A stretch of 64,000 bases of DNA, taken from contig JASTWF010000341.1 in NCBI GenBank assembly GCA_030390025.1, forward strand, positions 436,001 to 500,000, written 5' to 3'. The position numbers and the translations under genes were made by a program. Under the pieces are notes generated by a model. It did not search any database, was not told the DNA's origin, and worked only from the letters and a program-made list of their open reading frames with translations. Positions within the stretch are counted from its first letter, which is position 1; each line of letters opens with the position of its first letter. This document shows positions 38,518 to 49,376 of this stretch, one piece after another. The stretch is from Squalus acanthias (Eukaryota).

Positions 38518-38915
38518 CAAGATGTGAGTTAGGAGTCCTGTCTTAGCAACCCTGGTGATGTCATTAACCTTCTTGCGGCATGGCTGCCATGTCCTGAGTC
38601 CAGTCCTGGCATTGATCTCCTCTGCTACCTCTCGCCACTACTACCTGGCCACTTGTCTGGAGACTCTTCGGCCCCCCCTGGAGGCAATAGCACTTAACTC
38701 CTTTGGTTGATCACCTCTACCAGGACCTCCAATGCAGAAACTGGGGGCCCTCACAGTAGCTGTTTCAAGCATGTCTGAAGTATCCACGGCAGATTCCATT
38801 GTTCAGCAGCCAAAGTGCATCTCCTCTTTAAGAGGTGCAGGCTGCCTTTAAATAGCGCCATTATACGTTATTTTGCAGTCACCGATTAGCCAAGCAGCCA
38901 ACGAATAGGGCTAGT

Positions 38916-39381
38916 AAAAGAAAAACTTGCATTTATATAGCGCCTTTCACGACCACGGACGTCTCAAAGCGCTTTACAGCCAATTAAGTACTTTTGGAGT
39001 GTAGTCACTGTTGTAATGTGGGAAACGCCGCAGCCAATTTGCGCACAGCAAGCTCCCATAAACAGCAATATGATAATGACCAGATAATCTGTTTTTGTTA
39101 TGTTGGTTGAGGGATAAATATTGGCCAGGACACCGAGGATAACACCCCTGCTCTTCTTCGAAATAGTGCCATGGGATCTTTTACGTCCACCTGAAGGAGC
39201 AGACGGGGCCTCGGTTTAACGTCTCATTCGTAAGACAGTACCTCTGACAGTGCAGTACTCCCTCCGCACTGCACTGCAGTGCCAGCCTAGATTTATGTGC
39301 TCAAGTCTCTGGAGTGGGACCTGAACCCACAACCTTCTGACTCAGAGGCGAGTGTGCTACCCACTGAGCCACAGCTGACAC
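38916..39381 (-). mobile_element. tRNA-head Deu-domain SINE, full length
   Basis: Reverse complement of 21116-21584; possible TSD TAGTA (38912-38916, 39383-39387). Confidence 0.88.
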
Positions 39382-39681
39382 ATAGTAGTGCTGGCATCCC
39401 CGCTATTCAATGTTATTGAGCCATGGTGACCAATTTCTCTACTTCACGATGCATACGCGTCCAGGCGCTGGCAGCCCCAATTCAGGGTCGAAAATGGCGA
39501 GGACCAATTTCTATCCCGTAGATTTACCGAATGTAGATAGCTTTACCACTGAGTTTTGCCAAACTCTTATCTATGTTGTGCAGAATGTTTAGACTCCCGC
39601 TGCAGTAATGATATTTGGTATTTTTCATGAATTAGAGCTGTAGTGGGATTGATACCCAATGGAGTTTCAGTACTGGCTAAC

Positions 39682-39872
39682 AATATCAAAAAAACAGATT
39701 AACTGGTCATTATCTCATTGCTGTTTGTGGGACCTTACTGTGGGCCAAATTGGCCCTACATTTGCCTACATGCCCACAGTTGCTGCACTTCAAAAGTAAT
39801 TCATTGGCTATAAAGTATTTTAGGATGGTCAGAGGCCATGAAAGGTGCTATATAAAGGTAAGTTCTTTCTTT
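39682..39872 (+). mobile_element. Deu-domain SINE 3' fragment
   Basis: ctggtcattatctcattgctgtttgtggga...aaaggtgctatataaaggtaagttctttcttt matches the SINE 3' half. Confidence 0.7.
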
Positions 39873-40437
39873 TGAATGTGCATAGAAGTGCCATGGGGCA
39901 AATTACTTCCAATTTCCATCTGTCCTATGAGCAATCATGTAAACTACATTCTGAGTTTCCCTTTAACAACCTGGCTGAGAAGGAAAACTGTTCAGAACTG
40001 TACACAATCTAGTTTGCTATGATGCGCATGAACATACCATGCATCAGTTGTTTTAAAGCTCCTATACAGAGAGGTGCAAGAACTATAGAGTAATGATAAT
40101 GGGGGACTTCAACTATCCTAATATAGACTGGGATAGTTTCTACAACAAGCAACTATTTTCTGTGCAGTCACTGAATGGTTATTAAAAGGCTTAACAAAAT
40201 TAAAATAAGCTTTTATGTAGAATTATAAAGAACTTTCGATTGCAGTTAAGTTAAAATAATTGGGAAGTAAAACGTTGATGTAGTTTATTAGTTTAATCAT
40301 TCCCATTCCTGTGTCTCATGTCTGTTTTTCCTGTATTGGATGAATGTGAAAATGACAGTAGCAAAGATTATAGAGCATATACATTCCTACAGATCCTGCA
40401 ATAGTCTTCAATTACATTTTTTTTAATGATCCCGTAG

Positions 40438-40786
40438 GTACAGACTCCAGCTCTGGCAGATGGTAATATGAATGAACTTCACATGACTATAAAATCCTGT
40501 GACAACCTGCAAGCCAAAAGGAAGAACGTCCAACCAAGTCCTTATACTGTCTACAAGTTCTTTGATTTTGCAGACCATGATACTGCCATCATTCCGAACA
40601 GCAATAACCCACAGTTTGATGATCACATGAGATTTCCTGTACCAATGAATGCAGAGCTTGACCGATATTTAAAGTCAGAATCATTAATCATTTTTGTGTT
40701 TGATGATGCAGAGCCTAATGATACTTCTTACCTGGGAAAGGCCAAAGTCCCCCTTATTTCATTAGCTCATAACAAGTACATCACAG
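40438..40786 (+). CDS. RPGRIP1L: RPGRIP1L coding exon, second C2 domain ([21 protein letters not shown]...[33 protein letters not shown]...[11 protein letters not shown])
   Basis: cgtag acceptor (alternative in-frame cag at 40443), gtaaat donor, 349 bp, phase 0 to 1; strong similarity to RPGRIP1L C2-C. Confidence 0.96.
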
Positions 40787-41308
40787 GTAATAATTCAAAA
40801 TAGTTTTTTTTCTTTTTGAAAATGAGACTCCCCATTATTAATATATTTTCTCCTTTTCTTTTTTGAGTCTTTCTGCACCAGCGACCACCTCAAGCCACAG
40901 AGGCATTTGGGTGTCGAGTTCCAAAGTCCCCAAAAATACTGCCCTGAAACCAGCTACTGGTAGATATAAGCATGAGACCTGGTGTGACTCTCTGTCTGTA
41001 CTTGTTTCCCCTTTGGGGAAGTGCCTGGTCCTCTCTTTTACCTCCCTATGATGGTACAGTTGAAATGTGTAACTGATCATTTGAAGGACACAGGGTGCCA
41101 CTCGGTGGCGCAACATGTTGTGTCTCCAGTAAAATGCCCCAGACTACTATTTTTCTGTATAGATTGTTACTGTGGTTGAATTCATTTTGCATGTTACTGA
41201 TGGTAACCCTTCAGAAGATCAATACGTTAAACCTCCAAAACCTTTAAAAAAATTCTTGGCCTTTCCAGGCAGTATCCTTGTTGTACACTTTTATTCATTT
41301 ATTTCTAG

Positions 41309-41514
41309 GTACATTTGAACTTACAAACTCTGAAGAACAAGCCAATGGCACATTAGATGTTGAATTAAAATGGATGGTCTCATACTTGCCATCAAATGAA
41401 TCCATAATGACAGTGGATCAAGCCGAGGTGGTTCCAAAGCATGAACCAGAAAAGTTGCCAATAAAAGCAAAGTTGAAAGAACCTTTACTGACCGTATCTG
41501 CAGGATCAAATTTG
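41309..41514 (+). CDS. RPGRIP1L: RPGRIP1L coding exon ((G)TFELTNSEEQANGTLDVELKWMVSYLPSNESIMT...SAGSNL)
   Basis: ttctag acceptor, gtaatt donor, 206 bp, phase 1 to 0; matches RPGRIP1L GIFELTD...[20 protein letters not shown]. Confidence 0.9.
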
Positions 41515-42002
41515 GTAATTAATTTTATTCAGTTTTAATGATTCAAAATGTTACTTGATTTGTTCAGTTTATCAAATTTGCTAATATTTCTAAAGAGGTT
41601 TTTTTCTGCATAATTAAATTTTTCTTGATATTATTTCAATAACAGAAGAAGTAAATAAGGGAAAATTTCTACTTCATTAGCTGTAGAAAGCTATCATTTT
41701 TGCTGGGTATGCATTTATTTCAGACCAAGCAAGATTAATACACAAGCATAACTATCGAGTAAATTCTCCAATTGCATGATCTTGGCACGGAGCCCCATCA
41801 CAAATTAATGGATGGAAAATTGTGGGTAGAATCTTTACCTTGGAGTCGGGGCGGGTGCGTGCGGGTCGCGTAGAGGGTCGCCATCCCAAAGATTTCAACA
41901 GCGCATTCTGCTCTGCACGTTTAACTCAATTACATCAATTGAAACAGTCTTGCGGGTGGCTATTGGTGTATATCGCAGTGATTTGTGTGGGTGAAAGCAA
42001 AC

Positions 42003-43637
42003 ATGGAGTCACAGCGACAGGAGGCTGCGCCCAGGTTCTCAAATGCCTTCCTGGAATCCTGGTCCAGGGAGTCAGAGCACGCAGGGAGGTACTATTCCCT
42101 GGCAGCGGCAGGAAAAGAGCAGCCAGTGAAACCAAGAGGGCAGGGCTGGAGATTGCCCAAGATGTGAGCAGTAGGGGTGTTGTCAGCCGCTCCTGGATTC
42201 AATGCTGGAAGAGATTTAATGATCTCATGAGGTCAGGAAAGGTGAGTACAATGCCACATTCAACTACATCCTGATGTGCATGTCACCCCTACCCCATCAC
42301 TCTGCCTTCCCAAGCCTACTCCTCACACCAACCTACCTTGCAGGTGCACCCATCCCTCACTGTCTATGCACCCCTACTCACATCCCCATTTGACCATCCA
42401 CCACTGACACCCTCAGCCGAATGCAATCCTACAAAGTAGCACCACAGAAGGAGGTCATTTGACAATGTCATTGCACTCCCTCATAGTCAACCTCTACAGA
42501 TGTAACCCATGCATCCCTTGCATTCATTCCATCACTCTCACTCAAAGTTCTCTTCTTTCCCTCCTTGCAGGAGAAGAGAGCGCAGAACAGGAGAGAAAGA
42601 GAACCGTTGGTGGCCCTGCAATATATACAAATTTGACGCCTGCAGAGGAGGAGGCTCTCGAAATAAGTGGAGTGACTGAGTTGATGGCAGTGGGAGAAGG
42701 ACAGAGAGGGACCTCCCAGCAACCTGGTGACGGAATTAAATATCTCACATGGCATACAACAGTCACTCAGTGAAATATCATCATGTGCATAATGGTAACG
42801 TTACACATTCTTATCATAGGTCTGATTCATGTCTTTACTCTTCAACAGGTCCATCAAGTGAGAGCAGATGGTGAAGATAGGGACAGCAATGGAGAGTCCT
42901 CACCGGAGGGCACAGGACACTCCAAGCTCTGCTCAGCTGGATGCAAATGCTGAACCTTGGAGACCATCAACAAAGCGGTTGATCTTGGAGGAGCAGCAAC
43001 AAATTTGTGAGGCTCTGGCAGCTTTTCCAGCCGCGATGTGTGCAATTATCAGAGAATGGAGGAGTCCATCTCCAACATGAGCAGCATCATATTGCAGGCA
43101 ATGGCAACGATGTGCTGTTCCATGGAAAGGATGGCCATCTGCATGGAGCAGCTAATGCGCGAGTCGAACGAGAACATGCTTGCTGTGAGCAACAGATTGC
43201 AGACTCTCATCGACCTCATCTCTAGGAGGGATACCAGCATAGACTTGGGCGTTCATCGCCCCACTGATGTGCAGCAAGGTGCTCTCCAGCTCCTTGCTAG
43301 CAGGGAAGTGCAGGTGGCCCATGAGAGGGATGATGTGGAGAGGGGACATGGAAGTGGGGGCTCTGCTCAAAGTGCTCCCTCTTCTCCTCCGTTGCCTCCC
43401 TCTCAGTCAGAGCCCCACATGCTGCCTTGGATCCCGATGGCCGAGTCTGCCCCTGCACAGTTGCAGGAGGAGCAGTCTTTGGCGGGGCCCTCACAGGCCC
43501 TGAAACCCAGAGAACATCCGCCAAAAGTGTCAAAGCAGCCACAGCAGGGAAGTGAGCAGCCTGCCTCTACCTCTGCTGAAGCCACAGGGGTTGCACCTCA
43601 TAGAAGTACTCGGAAAAGAAAAAAGACACAATCGTAA
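42003..43637 (+). pseudogene. Harbinger Myb/SANT gene pseudogene (exons about 42003-42241, 42571-42726, 42849-43637)
   Basis: MESQRQEAAPRFSNAFLE / RSWIQCWKRFNDLMRSGK|gtgagt; C-terminus ASTSAEATGVAPHRSTRKRKKTQS; frameshifts in all three exons. Confidence 0.85.
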
Positions 43638-43930
43638 ATGCACAAGGGTATGCACATGGGCGTTTGCCAAAATGTGCGTGCTAAGGCACACATAAATTTA
43701 TTTCTTTGCACTACTTTACCGTCTTGTCCATTTTTGCCTGCTACCTGGGAACTGGCTTTGTCTGGTGTGAATGGTGAGACATTACTTAACCTCGAGCAAT
43801 GGGGATTTGGTTTGCAGGAATGGTTTGGTCATTTTAGGACTGCTTTGTGGTGTTTGCGGGGGCGGGGGGTGCGTGGGGGGAGGTGAAGTTGGTCCAACAT
43901 CTGGGAGCCATATGGGTGTACTAGTGCAAC

Positions 43931-45320
43931 TTAAGTAAACCAGGCCATTATGAAGCCATCCCGGGCCTCATGGGCAGCAACATACACCGCTGTTGGTGCC
44001 ATCTCCACCTCATGTTCCTCTTCCTTCTCCTCCTCCTCCTCCATGTGTTCCACCTGTTCCTCCTCCTCCTCTGAAGAGGCTCTGCGCCTTGCTCCTCCTG
44101 CAGCTCCATTCCTCACTGCTGCACTCTGTTGTGCAGCGCGCAGCATACGATGATGATTCTGGAGACCCTTGCTGGTGCGTAATGAAGGGCTCCTCCAGAA
44201 CTGTCAAGGCATCTGAAGCACATCTGAAGCATGCCGATTGTTTGCTCTATGACACATCAGTGATTTAGACTTGAATGTATGGGGTATGATTAAGAAGTTT
44301 GCAGATGATACTAAAATCGGCTGTGTGGTTGATAATGAAGAAGAAGAAAGCTGTAGACTGCAGGAAGATATCAATGAACTGGTCAGGTGGGCAGAACAGT
44401 GGCAAATGGAATTCTGTTGGACATGTGGCTTTCATTGTTGCACTCCTCGGCCTCATTGCTTGGTGTCCTCCCGGGTGTCATCAGCCACATCTTCAGTGGA
44501 TAGCCCTTGTCTCCAAGCAGCCTCCAAATCTGTTTGGAGATGCAAAGAGCTGAGGGAGGGTGGACTGGCACAAGACGGAAGAGTCAATGACTGCTCCCAG
44601 GGAATCTGGCACACACATGTATGATGATCTTTTTATGGTTGCAGACAAGCTGCACATTGAGGGAGTGGAAACCCTTGCAGTTCACAAAAACTCCTGGGTG
44701 ATCTGGGCGTGCCTTCATGGGCACAGTGTGCAGTCGATGACACCCTGCACCCCGTGGGAAGCCAGCCAGAGCCGCAAAGCTGAGCAGCCGATCAGTAACA
44801 CTGGCTTCATCAGTGGCAAAGTTTACATAAGTGGCTGACTTGTGAAACATAGCATCGGTCACCTGGGTGATACATTTGTGGGCGGCCGACTGCGAGATCC
44901 TGCAAATGTCTGCTGCAGATCCCTGGAAGGAGCCTGAGCCGAAGAAGTTGAGGGCGGTGGTGACTTTGACAGCCACTGGTAAGGCGTGTCCACCAGGTCC
45001 TCTGGGCAGCGGGTCTTCTTCCAACAAGCTACAAATATCTGCCACGTCCTGGCCTGATAGCCTGAGCCTCCTGAATCACAGCATTCAGTCATGTCCGGGA
45101 AGCTCATCCTCTGCCTGTATACCTTGTGTTGTGGGTATCGCCGCCGACGCAGAGCACCCCTGCGCTGATCCCCGTTCTCCTGTGGAGCATCAGGTCGCTG
45201 AGGAGAAGGCTGCTGTTGTCGCTGCTGCTGCTGCTGCTGGGGTGGCTGGTGTTGTTGGTGCTGGGGCTCATCTTGGTCCGAATCTGAGGTCCAAGGTGAG
45301 ACAGCATAAGCGGCACCCTT
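43931..45320 (-). pseudogene. Harbinger (HARBI1-like) transposase pseudogene
   Basis: [38 protein letters not shown]...[24 protein letters not shown]; start codon mutated to AAG; CR1 fragment inserted. Confidence 0.92.
44259..44413 (+). mobile_element. Tail-less internal CR1 RT fragment inside the transposase
   Basis: [44 protein letters not shown]; transposase sequence continues on both sides. Confidence 0.85.
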
Positions 45321-46279
45321 GTTGATCTGATAGATGCCAGGTAAAGTGGAGATCAGGGGCACAATCATCCAATGCAGTGAGTGACTTGCAACGTGGTGAG
45401 AGTGGCTTCCAAGGTTGCAGAAATCACCTGCAAACTCCTGAAAGCAAAATCTCTGCACAAAATGGTGTCAGCAAGAGCCTTTCCCTTGGACAAGGAAGCA
45501 GGTGTAAGGTGTGTGTATTTATGTGCTTTTTCCAGCTGTCTTTTAATGAAGTAGCACAATGACCACTGAGCTCCCTTCACAGGGAGCTTCCCGAGGTCCG
45601 TGAATCCTGTGCACAACCAGTTAAAGTTGAAACCTCACGTTAAAAAGGCTGTTAAGGGTCTGTAAACGGGCAGTTAAGTACCTCAATGAGGTTGCCCGCC
45701 TCTCCCGAGTGGGACTATGGCGCACTTCGATCCGCACCCCAGTTAAACGCAGAAGTCGGCGGGATGACGGCAGATTCCCAACGCGCTGTCGATTTCAGCG
45801 CTTTTAACCGCCGACCCGCTCTGCATACTCTGCAATGTGAAAATTCCGGGCATGATTTCTCGATATACACTCCCGATGGGCGAGAGTCCACACCAGGAAC
45901 ACACAATTAGAAATGTTTTTCTTATGTTTAAAGTGAAAGAAGGGAAGGACAGGTGCAGTGCAATGGTGTAGAACATTGGTACAATATAACAACAACAACA
46001 ACTTGTATTTATATAGCACCTTTAACGTAGTAAAGCATCCCAAGGCGCTTCACAGAAGCTTTATCAAACAAAATTTGACAAGGAGATATTAGGACAGATG
46101 ACTGAAAGCGGTAGGTATTAAGGAGTGTTTTAAAGGAGGAAAGAAAGGTAGAGAGGCAGGAAGGTTTAGGGAGGGGATTCCAGAGCATAGGGCTTTGGCA
46201 GCTGAAGGCACGGCTGCCAGTAGTGGAGTGATTAAAATCGGGGATGCTCAAGAGGCCAGAATTGGAGGAGTGCAGATAT

Positions 46280-48368
46280 TTTTTTGAAATTCATTTATGG
46301 GATGTGGGCGTCACTGGCAAGGCCAGCATTTATTGCCCATCCCTAATTGAGAAGGTGGTGGTGAGCCGCCTTCTTGAACCGCTGCAGTCCGTGTGGTGAA
46401 GGTACTCCCACAGTGTTCCCATGCGCCTGCTGCCCTTATCCTTCTGGGTGGTAGAGGTCGCGGGTTTGGGTGGTGCTGCCGAAGAAGCCTTGGCGAGTTG
46501 CTGCAGTGCATCTTGTAGATGGTACATACTGCAGCCACTGTACGCCGGTGGTGGAGGGAGTGAATGTTTAAGGTGGTAGATGGGGTGTCAGTCAAGCAGG
46601 CTGCTTTGTCTTGGATGGTGTCGAGCTCCTTGAGTGTTGTTGGAGCTGCACTCATCCAGGCAAGTGGAGAGTATTCCATCACACTCCTTACTTGTGCCTT
46701 GTAGATGGTGGAAAGGCTTTGGGGAGTCAGGAGGTGAGACACTCGCCATAGAATACCTAGCCTCTGACCTGCTCTTGTTGCCACAGTATTTATGTGGCTG
46801 GTCCAGTTAAGTTTCCAGTCAATGGTGACTCCCAGGATGTTGATGGTGGGGGATTCGGCGATGGTAATGCCGTTGACTGTCAAGTGGTGGTGGTTAGACT
46901 CTAGCTTGTTGGATATAGTCATTGCCTGGCACTTCTGTGGCGCGAATGTTACCTGCCACTTATCAGTCCAAGCCTGAACGTCGTCCAGGTCTTGTTGCAT
47001 GCGGGCATGGACTGCTTCGTTATCTTAGGAGTTGTGAATTGCACGGAACACTGTGCAGTCATCAGCGAACATCCCCATTTCTGACCTTATGTTGGAGGGA
47101 AGGTCATTGATGAAGCAGCTGAAGATGGTTGGGCCTAGGACACTGCCCTGAGGAACTCCTGCAGCGATGTCCTGGAGTTGTGATGATTGACCTTCAATCA
47201 CTACAACCATCTTCCTTTGTGCTAGGTATGACACCAGCCAGTGGAGAGTTTTCCCCCCGATTCCCATTGACTTCAGTTTTACTAGGGCTCCTTGATGCCT
47301 CACTCGGTCAACTGCTGCCTTGATGTCAAGGGCAGTCACTCTCACCTCACCTCTGGAATTCAGCTCCTTTGTCCATGTTTGGACCCAGGCTGTAATGAGG
47401 CTGGGAGCCGAGTGGTCTTGGCGGAACCCAAACTGGGCATCAGTGAGCAGGTTATTAGTGAGTAAGTGCCGCTTGATAGCACTGTCGATGACACCTTCCA
47501 TCACTTTGCTGATGATTGAGAGTAGACTGATGGGGCGGTAATTGGCCGGATTGGATTTGTCCTGCTTTTTGTGGACAGGACATACCTGGGCAGTTCTCCA
47601 CATGGTCGGATAGATGCCAGTGTTGTAGCTGTACTGTAACAGCTTGGCTAGAGGCGCGGCTAGTTCTGGAGCACAAGTCTTCAGCACGATAGCCAGGATG
47701 TTATCGGGGCCCATAGCCTTTGCTGTATCCAGTGCGCTCAGCCATTTCTTGATATCACGTGGAGTGAATCGAATTGGCTGAAGACTGGCTTCTGTGATGG
47801 TGGGGACCTCGGGAGTAGGCCGATATGGATCATCCACATGGCACTTCTGGCTGAAGATGGTTGCAAACGCTTCAGCCTTGTTTTTTGATCTCACGTGCTG
47901 GGTTCCACCATCATTGAGGATGGGAATATTCATGGAGCCTCCTCCTCACGTTAGTTGTTTAATGGTCCACCACCATTAACGACTGGATGTGGCAGGACTG
48001 CAGAGCTTTGATCTGATCCATTGATTGTGGGATCGCTTAGCCCTGTCTATAGCATGCTGCTTCTGCTTTTTAGCATGCATGTAGTCCTGTGTTGCAGCTT
48101 CCCCAGGTTGGCACCTCATTTTTAGGTACGCCTGGTGCTGCTCCTGGCATGCTCTTCTACACTCCTTATTGAACAGGGTTGGTCCCCTAGCTTGATGGTA
48201 ATGGTAGAGTGAGGGATATGCCGGGCCATGAGGTTACAGATTGTGGTGGAATATAATTCTGCTGCTGCTGATGGCCCACAGCGCCTCATGGATACCCAGT
48301 TTTGAGCTGCTAGATCTGTTCTGAATCTACCCCATTTAGCACGGTGGTAGTGCCACACAACACGATGG
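46280..48368 (-). mobile_element. CR1-group non-LTR retrotransposon, 5'-truncated (RT and 3' tail)
   Basis: NYRPISLLSIISKVME, QFGFR, VALDIKAAVDRV, GVPQGSVLGPTIF, MFADD; tail ...gggcaataaatgctggccttgccagtgacgcccacatccc...aaaaaaa. Confidence 0.93.
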
Positions 48369-48606
48369 AGTCACATGTAGGCCAGACCAGGTAAGGACGG
48401 CAGATTTCCTCCCCTAAAGGACATTAGTGAACCAGATGGGTTTTTACGACAATCCAATCGTTTCATGGTTACCATTACTGATACTAGCTTTTTATTCCAG
48501 ATTTATTTAATTAACTGAATTTAAATTCCCCAGCTGCCATGGTGGGATTTGAACTCTCGTCTCTGGATTACTAGACCAGTGACATTACCACTATGTTCCC
48601 GTTTCC
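48367..48606 (-). mobile_element. 5' half of a tRNA-derived SINE fused to the LINE
   Basis: Minus strand ...CATAGTGGTAATGTCACTGG...GAGTTCAAATCCCACC (A/B-box-like), then body ending ...tacatgtgactcca, which runs straight into LINE sequence. Confidence 0.75.
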
Positions 48607-49286
48607 ATATCTCGGAGGGTTGTAGGGCAGGAGACGTTTAGAGATAGGGAGGGGCGAGGTCATGGAGGGATTTGAAAACGAGGATGAGAATTTTAAAATC
48701 AAGACGTTGTTTAACCGGGAGCCAATGTAGGTCAGCAAGCACAGGGGTGATGGGTGAATGGGACTTGACACAAGTTAGGACACGGGCAGCAGAGTTTTGT
48801 ATTACCTCAAGTTTACGTAGGGTAGAATGAGGGAGGCTGGTCAGAAGTGCGCTGGAATAGTCAAGTCTAGAGGTAACAAAGGCATGGATGAGGGTTTCAG
48901 CGCAGATGAGGTGAGGCAAGCAGCAATTAGCAAGTAGTACTACGGAATGGTACGAAGCGGGATTACTTCTCTCACTCCACTCAGTCCATTAGCTGCACTG
49001 CTACAAAGAGGTGGAGCCTGGATGCCATCTCTTGGATGGTGTGGTAAAATCAGATGGGCAGTCTCCACGGAATTGCTTTTGCATTCTTTTTCGAAATCAG
49101 TCAACATCATCATTAGCAGAGACTAAGATGTAGGCTGTTTATCCTAACCTCTGGATGCAGAGGATATGTGGCCTGGGTCTAGCAAGGAAAAAAATATTGG
49201 GGTAAATAAAGGATAACTTCTAGAGAAGGAAAGAATGAATAATAACAATCTTTTGAAGTCTGATTCCATGGCACTTGTTATTTTAG

Positions 49287-49376
49287 GCACAGAAACCTAG
49301 AGAACAATCATATAAGTTTGATAATCGAGAAGAAAGAAGAGTATCGTGGGCCGATGTAGAGCTTTCTGGCAGTCCA
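49287..49376 (+). CDS. RPGRIP1L: RPGRIP1L coding exon (AQKPREQSYKFDNREERRVSWADVELSGSP)
   Basis: ttttag acceptor, gtaagt donor, 90 bp, phase 0 to 0; positionally matches RPGRIP1L APRPKPRQR...KKVSFVD; absent from the ORF track. Confidence 0.82.

Larger units (their letters stand above)
36516..39517. mobile_element. Degenerate PIF/Harbinger element (subfamily B-like TIR), transposase largely deleted, with nested LINE fragment and SINE
   Basis: TIRs GGGGGCGAAATTGG / CCAATTTCTATCCC; Myb remnants on - (SALEVLVEVI near 38700-38772; SFRTLAQSMEESSSNL near 37450). Confidence 0.75.
41824..45851. mobile_element. PIF/Harbinger element, subfamily A, near full length but decayed
   Basis: Degenerate TIRs GGGTAGAATCTTTAC / GTGAAAATTCCGGGC; Myb gene on +, transposase on -, convergent. 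Confidence 0.88.
45988..48920 (-). mobile_element. L2 3' fragment (45988-46279 plus 48607-48920) split by a nested insertion
   Basis: (AAC)n tail at 45988; AETLIHAFVTSRLDYS...LHWLPVKQRLDFKIL at 48638-48919; the halves join at ...gcagATATctcgg... Confidence 0.88.

Noticed and set aside
40435..40443. Tandem in-frame acceptors (tag GTA cag)
   Set aside because: Would change only two residues; common and untestable from sequence alone
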